A DNA stretch of 55,161 bases, the filler included, from Sphacelaria rigidula (lineage: Eukaryota): NCBI GenBank assembly GCA_964200075.2. It is 6 parts of 6 records of this genome, joined end to end, with 100 filler letters (N's around TTAATTAATTAA, not from the genome) between each part and the next. Parts side by side here need not be neighbours in the genome. Positions count along the whole stretch, not along the records: positions 9,212 to 18,322 come from CAXNAA020009276.1; positions 18,423 to 27,532 come from CAXNAA020009277.1; 4 more parts are not named here. The stretch is one strand, 5' to 3'. The notes under the pieces were generated by a model. It was given only the letters and a program-made list of their open reading frames with translations, did no database searches and was not told where the DNA came from. The position numbers and the translations under genes were made by a program. The stretch's first letter is position 1. Each line of letters opens with the position of its first letter. Below are positions 12,501-25,379 of the stretch, piece by piece.

Positions 12501-15500
12501 GACTGCTGGCCCAGTTCGTACAATACGTGTCCCCACCGTACAACAATCAGTGCAGGAGTAGTACAGAACGGTACGGCGCGGTTCAGTAATAGAGCAGAAC
12601 GGTACAGTAGAGTTCAGTACATGCACCATGTTGGCAACAACAGTAGTACAGAGCAGCACGCGGGGCCCTAAACAGCGCTCAAGATATGAGCCTGCGAAGT
12701 CGATCGTTTTTCCGCGCTTCAGACACCCCTAGGTCCTCCACTCGCACAGATGGCGGGAGTACTATAGGGTTCCTTATGATGACAATTCTGCCGTACGGTC
12801 CCTAGCCCTCATAGGACTCGAGCTCTGCCGCCCTCAGTTGCGTGCGGGGGATGCGGAACAGCAGCCGAATGCGTACACGCTCCTTTGCACAGACGGTGCC
12901 AAAACGGCGATTGACGGGTATCTGTCTGATGGGGGTACTTTTGCAGCCCAGACATTTTGCTTGATGGGTTGCCGTTGTGGGGTATTCCAACGCAGAAGAC
13001 TCTGGGACTTGTACAAGCAACGCTGCTGCAATGTGCACCCTGCCTGTTCGAAAATGTCGCACGCTTAGAGATGGCCCCCGCTCGGAGATATCTCTCTACA
13101 CGTCCAACGACCACGAATCTGAGTCAGGGGAGCTGAGGCCAAGTAGCCGTGATTCTTTGTTTTTAGTCGTAGCAGCCGACTCTTCGTCATTCTCGATTTT
13201 TCGAATTCAGTCGCGGAAAATGTCAGAGTCGTCATTTTTCGAATTTATTTGTAAAAGTCGTGTGAATCACGACCTGAGAGTCGTGGGACCCGTGAACGTT
13301 CTCATCTCGTCCTTGACTCTAAACAACCATCCTCTGCCGCACTCGTCCAATGCCGCTTGTTTCGTTGGCATATCTAAAACAACAGGTGCTACTTCCACCT
13401 GTCGGAGGTCGGCGGCTGGGCTGGTTATGTGATCTATACCGTGCTCTACCTCACCTGCGTGGAAATCGGGGTGAGCCCGGACTGGACACAGGATGTTCTC
13501 TTATTCTCATGATAGTCTCGGCCTTTCCATGATGGAGCGGCTCACCTTGCATACGTTGAGCAAAATATATTACCGAAACCGTGTTTCGATGTGGTTCAGA
13601 ATGTCTGGCATACCTTGCCATACGCGAGAAATCGCCACTCTTCAGAGCGCCGACCGTTAGTTCAAGTGGGCCTGTTGAGCTTCTTGTATTTTCTTTGGTT
13701 CAGTGCTTCTACCTTGAATTCAGTGGTTCGTATTTTGAAGGAATCAACCCCCGTTTCTTCTCCGGCATTGGCCCTGCAACTCACCATCGAACGATGAATC
13801 AACACGTCACGGCCCGTTGACTTCTGTCGGAAGTACTGTTGCTTACTCACGTTCTCACGTTTTCGGACGGCGTGGATCAAGAAACACCGAAGACTGATGT
13901 TGGGGTTTCGCCCCGTGAACTCTACCCGAACAAGAGCTGGAATACCATTCCGACCAGGCGGGCGCGACGGAGTTATCGTCGAAAGCCCGCGCAAATACGT
14001 TCAAAATGATGCTCCTTGTGTATGTGTTGAGATGGTGCTGCTTGTCAGAGTAGATACCCACGTTTCCAAACACGCCGCTCCCCAGCCTGTTTCCCATCTT
14101 TTTTACCTTACGCTAACCGACATGGCAACAACGCACTGGCAATGGAGTCAAGCCCACCGTACCCCCTCCATGCCCCATGTTCCGCAACCCGCCCGTCACA
14201 CGTGTCCTCATACCTCAACATTTCTGCCGTTTTCAAGATCTACTGGATGCACCGGACCCTGCACACGAACAAGTTCCTGTACAAATACGTGCACGCGCTC
14301 CACCACAAGTACAACTCCGCGGATACGTTGTCGCCCTGGGCATCCATCGCCTTCAACCCTCTCGACGGCGTCCTGCAGGTACGAAATGCAAGACGAAAAA
14401 AAACAACGAACATCGGCTACAAGGCCATAAGTCGCCCGCGGCGCTAGCAGAAACATCCCCTCAGCTATTTGAGGTTCAAGGATCGCCCGTGTTGTGTGCG
14501 TTGCGTTTTCGTCCCGGAAGTGAGTCGTGATCCCCGCGTTACTTGTCAACGTGTGGTGCTGTAGTTGTGTATCGTGTACAATGGATGTATCCCTCGCAAG
14601 CTCACATCGTGTAGATGTATATGTATGATCCCTCTTCCGCTGCTGCTTGGCATGCTCATCACTTCCCCATTTTGGTTTTCTCGGGTTGCAACATCTCTCT
14701 CGTTCTCAACCTCTCTGTTTCACCTGCTTGACCTCCATCCCAGAGCCGACCTGACGCAATCCCACGCTCTGTCGCTGTCCTCTTTCCCGTTGTGCATGTA
14801 TATGCGTGCACTCGACAAATGTATCACGCAGGCGTGTCCGTACGTGATTTGTCTGTTCTTCATCCCCTGCCACTACTACACGCACATCGCCATGTTTACC
14901 TTCACCGCGATCTGGGCAACCAACATTCACGACGCAGTTCCGGGTAACACAGAACCGATCATGGGCGCCAAGTATCACACGGTGGGCAAACGAACATTTA
15001 CATGCGGGTTGGCTTATTTGTCCCATACGTTCATCAAAGTGCTGACTATTTTCTATTTTCCACAGATGCAATGGATGCCGTCCTGTATGTAGCTGTCGAT
15101 ACGTGACAGTATCAACTTCTGTATCGTGCAAGATCTTCAAAAAGCGTGATACCGGCCAAGTCATGTCGATATTGATCGATGTACACGGTTGATATGTGCG
15201 TGGATATCGTCTCAATCAGCTTGTGATGGTGACTAGGTCACGTTGGATTGTATTTTCCCGGAGTTCCCTGGCGTGTCGTCTCTCCCAGACGTGAGCGCAG
15301 GCTAGTCCAACCACTGAGGCATACATATCACGAGCACCCCATCCCCTCGCCCACCCTCCTCCTCCACCCCCCACCCTACTCACGACGTGGCACCGTCACT
15401 TACACCAGGTACACCACACCCACTACCACGTCAACTTCGGTCAGTTCTTCACATTCTGTGATGCCTTCTGGGGCACCCTGAAGCGCCCTCAGGACATGCG

Positions 15501-15606
15501 GGGGTACCGAGAGCCGACAGCGGCAACGCCTTCGCGGAAGCCGTCTGGCATGATGACAAGATCGGCGTCTAAAGCAGCAGCCGCGACGAAACAGAAGGCA
15601 TTTTAA
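9598..15606 (+). CDS. ERG3: Delta7-sterol C5(6)-desaturase (ERG3/STE1/DWF7/SC5D family, fatty acid hydroxylase superfamily), 6 exons, 339 aa
   Basis: Exons 9598-9884, 10263-10421, 13386-13470, 14238-14378, 14832-14981, 15409-15606. All introns GT..AG with compatible phases, 1020 nt total. Peptide includes TWIRNFIAGSLLYY, VEIGIYWMHRTLH, YKYVHALHHKYN..LSPWASIAFNPLDG, WATNIHD..MGAKYHTVHHTHYHVNFGQF..CDAFWGTL (three His boxes) and ends KQKAF*. Confidence 0.95.
12115..12183 (-). mobile_element. tRNA-derived SINE-like head in desaturase intron 2
   Basis: Minus strand reads gcgccccggtcgtccaagt...aggtcacgagttcgaagac (A-box-like and B-box-like). 5' end resembles gtcgccccggtggctcagttggta at 18522 (minus). 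Confidence 0.5.
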
Positions 15607-17789
15607 TTGCTGGGCGTGCTGATGGCGCTCAATCGTGATGCTATTTCCCCTTTCTTCGTTTTGCTCGGAAAGGCGGGTGAGGGCTCACCTACTCTCGCAA
15701 GGAGATTTTCGGACCCAGGTTCACTTGGCTACTGGCTCAGCTGCTCATGATCCCATCGCGTGGAGTTGTGCAGCTGGTTTGAAGACTATGAATACTAGGC
15801 ATGCTGCTCGATGTTTTCAATAATCATCTTCTACAATATTTCCTGTGTCGCTGTTTTTTTTTCAGTCGTTGTAAATTCGGGGAGGTATTGCCGTTGGTGA
15901 GAAGGAGTGCATCTGGCTGGGTGTGTATAGAGATGTATCAAGGCTAGCTGGACATATCGAGCAGTTGTCGAAAATGCTCCGTTGAGATGTACGCTCTTCA
16001 TGACGAACTGGAAATGATGGGACACTTCGCAGGGGCCATTTTACGGGGAGTTAATTTCTCGCTCCAAGATGGAATGTGCACCTTCTCATCTCACACATGT
16101 TGCAGGTCCTATTTTATTCATATACAGGAAGATATCGCTTCTCTCGGAACCACCCTAAATAACTTGATGATCTCAAACGACCTCCCTCCGTTGTGCATTG
16201 GAAGCGTCGGTTTGTGCGGGATGGTCGTGATACCGCCGCAAAAATGTCTAATAGTTGCACATGTTCTCTGACGTTTGGTATTGCTTCGGCGAGGGAAAGA
16301 AGGGGCTGGGCAATTTTGCTTCTGGAGCTGTGCTTTCTCGTGACAGTTGGCGTTGCTTCTCTTTGCCAGAGACGTGTCAACAGTGGTGTGCTGGTGGTGG
16401 TGTGATACGATTGAGTGTTGGATGTGCCGTGTTTCCCCCCGTAGTATTCACTGGGGAGGTTTTGGTCAGAAGACGCACGGGTCTTTTCGGATCGGTAATT
16501 TCTCCGGCACGCGGGTTGCGATTGGTCCCCTTAATTTGTGTCGTGTGTTTTTAGTAAGGGAGGAACGTCCTTGAAGCTTTGATGAAAGCCCCAGGGTTGG
16601 GACACAGACTGGATAACGTATGCCTTCAACATATTGACGAAATGGATACCTTATATCTATTTCCGTATGCGAATGCATCCGATGGAGGCGTTCAATTGTC
16701 GTGCTATGAAATGGTTGCCCGCTTCCTCACGACGAGACGTTTGGTCCTCGGATCAATCTGTGCGGCATTGGGGCATACAAACCGTCCTCGTGATGGAGCA
16801 TGGCCAGAGCAGAAGTCGGCGTGGCAACACAAGGGTACAACATGGACCCATCCTTTGATTTGATTCCAAATTCACGAATCGAATTCGGTTTCTGCTCCGG
16901 GTGAAGATTCGACGAACCGTTTTTTTGCGACTCGATTTTGCGCCTTCATTTCTGCGACTTTTTGTTTGCTAGATTTCCCACTCTAAAACCCGTAATGATT
17001 TTGTTTTTTTGAGGGAAACTTTGTCAAACAGTAACCAAACGCATCTTGCTCCATTGGGCACCTCGACACACAGCAGCTGCTGCTTCTGATCCAGTATATC
17101 ATCCTCCAAATCGAAGTCTTGAAGGAGAATACCCAGCGCGCCTGAGTTCTGCCACGGACCCTTCCCGACGTACCCGATAAGGGGGCTACATCTCCGCACA
17201 GACAGTAGCAATGTTAGCGGATCCTACGTCCTGATAGTCTGGTAGCCTGCAAGATGGTTACGGTAGTGTCCTTCTAGCGATATTAACTTACAGTGCACTA
17301 GAGTAGAGTTTTTGCAGGTGAATATTTCGGCGATTACCTCACCTGCAGTTCGCCCGGATGCTGTGGACTTTTTCACGATCTCACAGGGCGACATTACATA
17401 CATTTACATGGGGAAATGTATCAGACCCTGCATTAGAGTCATGCCACGATAGGGGGAGGGGGGATTGCTTCCACGAAAAAGAGGGCTCACAGGTGTGTCA
17501 GACGACCTAACACACTCGCGGTGCACTTGCATTTAGGTAAAAACGGAGCCAATCGGTACTAATGAGCGTTATCTACTAGCAACAAGCGCGATTGAACAAC
17601 CGTTGCCGCTTTCGACGAAGATTTGAAGTGGAAAAAGTGGAAGAAGTGGCTCAACCCTCCCCCCCTCCTATCGTAGCATGACTCACTACGTGAGGAATGT
17701 ACCAGATCATGGACGAAGAGATCTACAGTCAGTACAAACACGATGTTGAAAGTGTACTGCGCACAGTGTGTTGTGCATGTTGTCGTCCC

Positions 17790-17985
17790 CTCTATTCTGG
17801 ACGCCGATCTCCACCTTTCGGTATATTATGTGGGCGCACCAGCCGGGGTCATACAGGAGTAAGGTCAACACAGGAGTTTTTTCTTTTTGCTTGGTTAAGT
17901 TCTTAATCTTTCCGCAGTGCTTGCCCTTCTTTTTTACCGCAAGAGGGGTTCAGCAGTCCCTTCCCCTCGTCGGCCGTTAGGCCGT
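17790..17985 (+). repeat. Dispersed non-coding repeat (SINE-like), second copy at ~21450-21550
   Basis: Both sites share aagg(t/c)caacacaggagttttt...ttta(c/t)cgc(a/g)agagggg. Confidence 0.6.
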
Positions 17986-18322
17986 TTTTTTTGCACAGTA
18001 TAGAACATATTGCCGACTGTAATTCGTGTAATACAGTACTCGTACTTCAACTCGGTAACTGCAACGTCACACTCAGAGACAACAGTGTGCAAAAATCTTC
18101 CCGATGTGGGATGCTACAGACGGCTTTCGTGCCATAGCGGCTGTGTTGTTTCCATACAGCTTCGCCCAAGATAACGGCAGCCATTGCAGCGGCGGAGGCG
18201 GCCTTTCACTCCTGCGTGCGCCACCCGGGGCGAACGCACGCTGTAGCTGCAACACGGACAGCTTTTACAAAATATGGCGTAGCGATATAGCGCGTGGCGA
18301 GGGGTGATATCCCGCGTACACG

Positions 18323-18422
18323 NNNNNNNNNNNNNNNNNNNNNNNNNNNNNNNNNNNNNNNNNNNNTTAATTAATTAANNNNNNNNNNNNNNNNNNNNNN
18401 NNNNNNNNNNNNNNNNNNNNNN
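18323..18422. other. Artificial contig linker
   Basis: Same 100-bp N/TTAATTAATTAA/N structure. Confidence 0.97.
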
Positions 18423-18522
18423 GGTCAACTTATTATACTAAAACCAAGTAATTTCCTGACGAATCATTATTTGTCCTAACCGTGGAAGGTTTCGAGGTTA
18501 CCAACTGAGCCACCGGGGCGAC
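18423..18522 (-). mobile_element. tRNA-derived SINE-like 5' part
   Basis: Minus strand gtcgccccggtggctcagttggta (A box TGGCTCAGTTGG). Body matches 25187-25245 (ctaaaaccaag.aatttc..gacgaatcatt) and 24983-25020 (cacggttaggac.aat...gggttcgaatc, B box). Confidence 0.6.
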
Positions 18523-18858
18523 TATAACTGGATATGGGAAAACGAGTACACGCCCAAGTGGTGGCGAGAAGAAGTACTAGTCAATATTTTCAAAAAGGGA
18601 GACAAGGCTGACCCAGGGAATTATGGAGGGATAACGCTACTGAGCACGGTGGGGAAAACGTTCTGTAGATTCTGAATGATAGAGTAGGAGCGATACTAGA
18701 AAGGACGAAAAGTCGGCGAGGGACAAGAAGGTTTCAGACCAAACCGTAGTTGCGAGACCATGTGTACACACCAGGTAAAATTATTCAAGGTAGGAAAGAC
18801 GCCGGGCTGACAACGTACTGCTTCTTTCTGGATGTCCAAAAGGCTCATGACACAGTAT
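18523..18858 (+). mobile_element. Non-LTR retrotransposon (LINE) reverse transcriptase fragment, N-terminal subdomains
   Basis: IFKKGDKADPGNYGGITLLSTVGKTF...GEGQEGFRPNRSC...YCFFLDVQKAHDTV with frameshifts. Confidence 0.9.
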
Positions 18859-21550
18859 TGTCAAGTGATGAGATTGTCACCCTAGCTGCTGAGTGCAGAG
18901 AGGAACGATAACAACCCAGGATCAAGACTTCGCGGCTGTAATGCTGCTACGGTTGGATGTATTTTCAGCAGGTGGGAGCTATTAACCAAACATATACAAG
19001 GACGCACTGAGCAGAGATGAAGAAACAATATGGTACACCTCGGAACCACTTGAATAGTCTCGTTCCGGAGTGCTCAAACACCGAAGAAGAGTACAGCTGG
19101 AGCCTATCAGACGCTGGACGAAGTGTTGATTAATCCTCTACTGTACTATTGAGTTCCCTAGGACGATGATCGAGTGACATCGTGGGGGGGTCGTACATGG
19201 ACCTGTCGACCGGCCCCGGACATGTCTTCACTCGAAGTCATAACTCAGAAACGTAGCTACGCTACTTCAAGCTAATCAAGCTAATACGTATATATACATA
19301 TATCCTCCAACGTTTATAAGTCCACGTCAAGCAAGATAGCAACCAGAGACAAACAAGATAGCGACCAAGGACGCACTTGTAAAACGTACTCAAACATTCG
19401 CCCAAGATACATTCCTAATACCCGCCGGTCTGTACCCAGAAATTGTGAATCGGCAACTGAAAATCCCCATCACATTACCTATGCCTCTCATTGTTGAAGC
19501 ACTCAAAGGTATTCAAACAGCCGCCGAAGATATAAATGTCCAGTACCCGCCGGTCTGTGCCCAGAAATAGTTAATTAGCAACTGCAAATCCCCATCATAT
19601 AACAGTATGTCGCTGTCGTATGTGTATCCGTGTGTTCTGAGCATTATTCAGTGTTTTGTTGCGTCTTCGAGGTTTTTGCACGATGAGAGGGCTGTTGATT
19701 TAGCCCGGTCTCTCACATCATGTTTGGAGTTTTTGATGGCCCGTTCCCCGGATGTATTCGTTGTTGTCGCTGCTCACTCCCCCTGCCGCCAGCTAAGAGA
19801 GCTCGCCGCACGGGAGTACTCCCTTGTATCGTCTTGTTACACGGGTCCTTGATCACACCGTGTGCTGGTATTATTTGTGATATTTGACTCTATTTTGACG
19901 TAAATATGATCGAGGACCTATTAACAAAGTACCTCCGTAATAATTATACCACCCTTGTTGTACGCCGTATGTTTGCCCGACGACTGTCTTAGGTCGAGTT
20001 GAGCTACTGCGTTTTGACGGTTAATCCGGATGTGTGTTCGTTTTTTTGTTCTACTCTCATCCTGTGGCGCAGCCTAGAGAACTGGTGACACTGGTGTTTT
20101 CTCTTGTATTGTTCCGTTGCTTGTGGTCCAGTGTTACCACGGTATTACAAATCGTATCACCATTGTTGTAGGCCCTATTCTCGCCGGACGATTGCTTTGA
20201 GCTGGGTATTGCTTTCTGACGAAGCCCCCTTTCCTTTTACACTATTTTTTGCTCATAGCACGCAATATATGATCCGTCGCGCTGAGCACAAAATTCTCAA
20301 CAACCCTTGACTTCGTGCCCTGAGTGTCGTCTTGGGTGAGCTATTGCCCACTCCCGCAGAGGTTTTGAATTTCGCACTTCGGGAACACCAAACCTGAACT
20401 TGGGCTGCACCCCCGCTTTTATCTCCTTGTTGCTGCGTGGTTTCCCTCCCCCATCGCATCGTACTTCACGTCGCACGCCTTTTTCAAGGCAGGTTCGATA
20501 CTTTATACGCCATGCCACGGAAACGAGCGGTGTGCCACCCTCGCAAAACGCGACGGATGTGTCGGGACGGAGTCGGACAAAGACGTGGAGCTCACTAGGA
20601 TCTGCGTCCGACCAAAGCAGTTGCTGCGATGCTACGCCGCAACTGCGTGTTCCCTCCCTTGTCCCCGGATAGTTTGGCATACCCCCGTTGTTTCGTCGGT
20701 GCATAGTCTACGCGTGCGTACCATTTAGTGTTTTTCTTTGTAGATGGACTTGCGTTTGTGTTGTCTAGTTCAACATAAGTAGTGAGTGTCATGTAGATAC
20801 AACGTTGTCTTCTTGTGAATTGAACGTTTCATGTGACAGGTCGATTTATTTTTTCCTTCACTTCATGTTTTTTACGAGTGTAGAAGAGCCCTTTTTCGTT
20901 GAATTTTGGAGTTGCTCGGCGCAACTGTGTTGTGCCGAGGTGATGTTGATTCAAGCCATAAGGACTTGTCTAGGGTGGGCTAGTGTGATGAAGCTCAGAG
21001 ACGTTGCAAGATATTAGGATGTGCGGGTCTGCTTGTAGACCCTGGGTTCCGTGACGCGTTGCACCACGCTTGTCAATGTCATTATTGTGAGTGGTTCGGC
21101 GCGGCTAGATGCCACCCCCCCCCCCCCACCTTGGACACTTGTTGGCTTGCCTTGCTCGCAGGCCTGGGGGTTTGTTCTGCTACCCTGGCGCATCGCAACA
21201 CTCTGCTCATATAGCTGCATCCCGGCTGGACTGAGTTACAGAGCTTCTAGTAGATAAAACATGATGCTATCAACATGCGAGTCTCCAATCTCCCAGCAGT
21301 ATACATAAGAACTTACTGTGTTGTGTGCATGATGGATGAGCTAGGTCTATGATGTACCCACGTTGGGAGCTTGGTTAGCTGGAACCATGGTATCCTCTGG
21401 TGCTCATACTGAGAATCCCCAGCCAATGCATCAGCTATGCTCCCTTGATGTCACAGAAGGCCAACACAGGAGTTTTTCGTTTCTATATTTTTAGTAGTTA
21501 CTCCGCCTTTCTTCTGCTATGCATGCCGTATTTGTTTATCGCGAGAGGGG

Positions 21551-22139
21551 TGCTGAGGTAATCTAACGCAATGAGGTTCACGGATGTCAACACGGCTTCC
21601 AAGTTTCAGACGCTGGAGCAATTGATAGCTCAGACAGCAGTCGAGCGTGTCTCGCTGATGAAGATGATTGAAACGTCTTATTATGATCGAAGAGCTGTGA
21701 TGGTCCCCAGGCACTCTCAATCCCTAGCTCACGCAAGGATATATACTCGACGCACTATACTCTACCGAGGAGTAGACGTGGACAACAGTAGGTTAGCTGT
21801 CAGAAAGAAGTTTGAAGAAAGTGGGCAAAGCAGGGGGCTGCTTTTTGCTTGCCTAGCTCTTCCTATCCCTCAACGTCTAGAAGTCGCTACGGAAAGAAAT
21901 CACTGGTGCGAAGACCCGCTGTTCTCTAGATATTGCTAGGCAAATACTCGTGCTAATCACCCGCTATTGTCCAGGTATATAAATCGCTAGGGAAATCACC
22001 CGGGCTAATCACCCGCTATTCTCAAAGTCTCTTCTTCTGAAACAAGTCTTACTCCTGAAACGTACTTAACACATTCTCGTCCCTACTGGTGAGTCTACCT
22101 AATTGGCAGAGTAGAGGGTACACTACGTATCCCTTAACA
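21551..22139 (-). mobile_element. 3' LTR (589 bp) of a minus-strand Copia element
   Basis: Termini tgctgagg / ccttaaca (imperfect IR, TG...CA). On the minus strand it is directly preceded by the purine-rich tract gagcaggcggggg (22140-22152) and the RNase H remnant. Confidence 0.65.
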
Positions 22140-22229
22140 CCCCCGCCTGCTCAACAATTCGGATACGCTACAGTACATGCTTTCTGAACTTTCGGAATCC
22201 AAAGAACCATCCATAAAAAAATTTACTGT

Positions 22230-22780
22230 CCCTCTAAGGTCTTCGCGTCCAATGCTTTGATGAGGATGTCCGAGTGTTGCTCTGCTAAGGTCTCGTATTC
22301 CATTCGGATGATGCCGTTGTCGACGGCGTCCCTAACGACGTGGTGTCAGACGTTGATGTGTCTTGTCCATCGGCTGCTGAAACGGCTCTTTGCCATTTGA
22401 ATAGCCCCCTGATTGTCTTTGTGGAGTGGGATCTCGAAGTTGGCGGGCGGCGCCATGGAGTCTTTCGCCTGTTTGAGGAAGCGCACCCCGTTAGTTGCTT
22501 CTGCGAGCGTGATGTACTCCGACTCTGATGTAGTCAAAGCGGTGAGCTTCTGTGCCCGCGAAAATCAGCTGATGGCGCCTCCGGCCAGCATGAAAGCTGC
22601 CTCCGAAACCAAACGCCGGGCAGGTCGCGTGGTCCGCGTCGACCCACGCGGAACGCTTGGTGTTGTCTCGACGTTCCTCCGTACACGATCCCGCAGTCTC
22701 TGGTGCGCTTCAGGTACTGCATGACCTTCATAAGTGCTCCTCAGTATGCCGGTGCCGGGTGGTCGCTAAACTTGGCGACG
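22230..22780 (-). mobile_element. Ty1/Copia RT C-terminus and RNase H remnant
   Basis: KVMQYLKRTRDCGIVYG; TTSESEYITLAEA...DNQGAIQMA...TRHINV*HHVVRDAV...QHSDILIKAL. Confidence 0.9.
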
Positions 22781-22813
22781 TTGTGTGTTGCAAATGGATT
22801 AAGATGATAATAA

Positions 22814-23226
22814 ACACGGGGTCTTACAAATTGAGGATGGATCTTTTATTGGGGATGAGAAACCCGGAGAAATAAAACCTTCGTACCCGCACCAAATCTT
22901 CGAAATATGGTTTCATTTTTTCACCTACTGATAGCCATTGACAACTGCTACACGCCTATTGGGGTCGTAGGTGAAAAATCTTTTTGGGCGAATTTCGGGG
23001 TGTCCGATCGGACGCCAAAATTGTTCCGATTTGTTTTTCACCTAGGACCTCAATATTTCGGTGATCGAAATTCAAATTTCTATTGCGTGTAGCAGTTGTC
23101 AGTGGCTATCAGTAGGTGAAAAAATGAAACCATATTTCGAAGATTTGGTGTGGATATTAAGATTTTGATTCTCCGGGTTTCTCATCCCCAATAAAAGATC
23201 CATCCCCAATTTGTAAGATCCCGTGT
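22814..23226. mobile_element. Fold-back MITE (~140-bp TIRs), copy 1, flanked by TAA/TAA
   Basis: 22814-22955 is the near reverse complement of 23085-23226 (acacggg.tcttacaaatt...aatttgtaagatcccgtgt). TAA at 22811-22813 and 23227-23229. Confidence 0.9.
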
Positions 23227-23309
23227 TAATATGATTACCCTTCTACCTTAAAAGGTTTATACAACGGGTTTGCTACAGGGAGTGGGTACATGCAGCAACG
23301 AAATTTCAG

Positions 23310-24340
23310 TAATCATCGGGGCTTGACGTACTGCCGACTACTGTCTGTGCGTTGCTCGAAAGCTTTTCTCAGGCAAGATTTTCCTGGTCCGCGCTTCACG
23401 GCTTGGGTCACGAATGCAATGGCAGGTGGTTAATCATGGAACACCCGTATTCCTAACCATCTCTCGCCCCAGCTTAGGATGAATTTCCGCACATGAGAAT
23501 CTACTGCTACGGACACCAACACAACAAACACACCCTCCTGAGCACGCGACCGTCTGTACGTAGAAAAGCTTAGATTAGGGGATGTCATGGGTCACGCCAG
23601 CAAGAGTTAAGCCACCCCTAGAGGTATCTTTTTTTCATTCCGTATGCCAAGAAAGTGTACACGAGTGTTTGATCTCTCATTCGTCTCCCTAACTGGAATG
23701 TGGCAGACTGTTGTCCTTGTTTTGCAGACGTCGGGTGGAATCTAATATTGTAATAACGCCCCCAGCTTGCGCTTAATAGATATTCGCGAAACGGCGCAGC
23801 CATCCTTGCTTGCATCTGTGTGTGAGAGAACAGTAGCGGTGATGAGAACGTCGCCCTGCTTTTCGACGTGTTCTACTGCGCACAGAATGCTGTCCAAGCA
23901 GAGAGGCAGAGAGAAATCGATTTTTGCATTGGTCAGCGCCACAGACAGGAGACGACAACCGTGGGGATCGCGATTTATTCCCGGGGCTGTGTTACCGTAA
24001 CCCGCCTGTTCACACATGGAAACTTGGGCATGTGATGGTAACATGATGTTAATCTCTCGAGCGATTGGGAATCGTCGAACGAGGACACACAAAGGACATC
24101 GGCGAGGCGCTTCCTCTCCGCCGTTGCTCCTCTCTCTGGCGATATCATCCACACGCGTGTACACCGCATTTGTTCGGTGCATCTCGCCGCACCCGCCGAA
24201 TGAATACTACAGATGTTTGGGAGTAGGTGGGAATGCTACCCCTCGGTGTAACTGTTTCACACCATTCCTGAAGTTTAGTTATGCCATTTGAACCTCATTA
24301 TAGTCTTCAACCCCATTTTTTAGAATCAGTTGTTCATACA
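23310..24340 (-). repeat. Repeat family X, copy B
   Basis: Homologous to 3634-4250 and, inverted, to ~25380-26400. Contains ORF 23742-24182(-) HRTNAVYTRVDDI..CPLCVL..LTNAKIDFSLPL. Confidence 0.8.
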
Positions 24341-24429
24341 ACCAACAATATGCAGTATTCCTCACCTGCTAACCTACCTGCATGGCCCGGGTACGTCGTG
24401 CATGTTCAGAAGTCCGTAGGTTGACTGTA

Positions 24430-25125
24430 GCAGCCCGGACACATGGAATATGAACTGTTACAGAAGATTTGATTATATGCCTCGTATACTGCGCAAACCT
24501 TGTGGCAGCACGACGCCAGTTAATGAGGGATGAACACAGCAGATGGCCTGATTTAATGGAAACAACCCATTTCCTGCGCACCAGTTCGTTCTAAGCTCAA
24601 TAGCTACGAAGTTTATCAAAATAGCCAGGCTAGAATGATCTCACAGCGATATCAGCAAACAGGGAGATCGAATCCAAGCGGACAGCTCTGTAAGTCATTC
24701 CCGGTAGGAATCACCATCGTATGAACAAATTCTTGTACGCTTGTCGGTCGCATGCAAAGACGCTGTGGAAACGCGGCTTCATGTGAACGAGAATGAACGA
24801 GCAATGCAACGGTATGGATGCACTTTTTGCGCAAAATTTTGTCTGGTTCAGAGACTCCTAACGATTCCAGATGACAAGAATATGGGTCAGGGCATCTCCG
24901 TTTGCAAATGTTTTGCGGGGGATCCCTAGCACATTGGAATATAAATCCTGGCGTACTCTCACATATTTCATGAGTAACGTTTTCACGGTTAGGACGAATC
25001 ATCACGGGTTCGAATCACCAAATCCACGATTTCTTCGGCCTGATTGCCCAACAGGGAAAACTAAGCTAATCGCTGTCCAAGGGGTACCCACACCACCTTT
25101 GCGCCATTCCAGGTGTCTGGGCTGC
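24430..25125. mobile_element. Candidate 696-bp TIR element (20-bp TIR, 3-bp TSD GTA)
   Basis: gcagcccggacacatggaat (24430-24449) vs attccaggtgtctgggctgc (25106-25125), 2 mismatches. GTA immediately outside both ends. Confidence 0.55.
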
Positions 25126-25379
25126 GTATACGTGGGTTGCAGCGCTGAAAACAAAGCGTAGGAATTGATTCGTACGATTCGAATCAATTACACTAAAACC
25201 AAGCAATTTCTAGACGAATCATTGATTTGTTCGACCCTTGAATGTTTTGGATGAGATACAGGGCTCCTAACAATTCTAAACCCAGGAACAATTTGTACAC
25301 ACCTACCGTAGCATCACTCAAACACAGCACGCGGCGACTTGATTCAAAGCGAACAACAATTGACATCAGCTCGTTTCGT

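Noticed and set aside
13897..15215. Long overlapping ORFs (177, 175, 169 aa) as separate genes
   Set aside because: They are read-through or shadow frames of desaturase exons 4-5 and their introns. Most other 60-130-aa ORFs in the track likewise lack coding evidence.
16969..17211. Minus-strand exon (GYVGKGPWQNSGALGILLQDFDLEDD)
   Set aside because: Protein-like, but I could not find a canonical donor, a partner exon or a family match.
18859..19180. Solo LTR inserted in the LINE fragment (tgtca...tgaca)
   Set aside because: Only a 5-bp IR and no TSD (agtat vs tcgtg).
19418..19605. ~60-bp direct repeat (tacccgccggtctgt.cccagaaat) at ~19420 and ~19544; also a 2 x 30-bp duplication at 51671-51730
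   Set aside because: Real but ordinary local duplications with no further structure.
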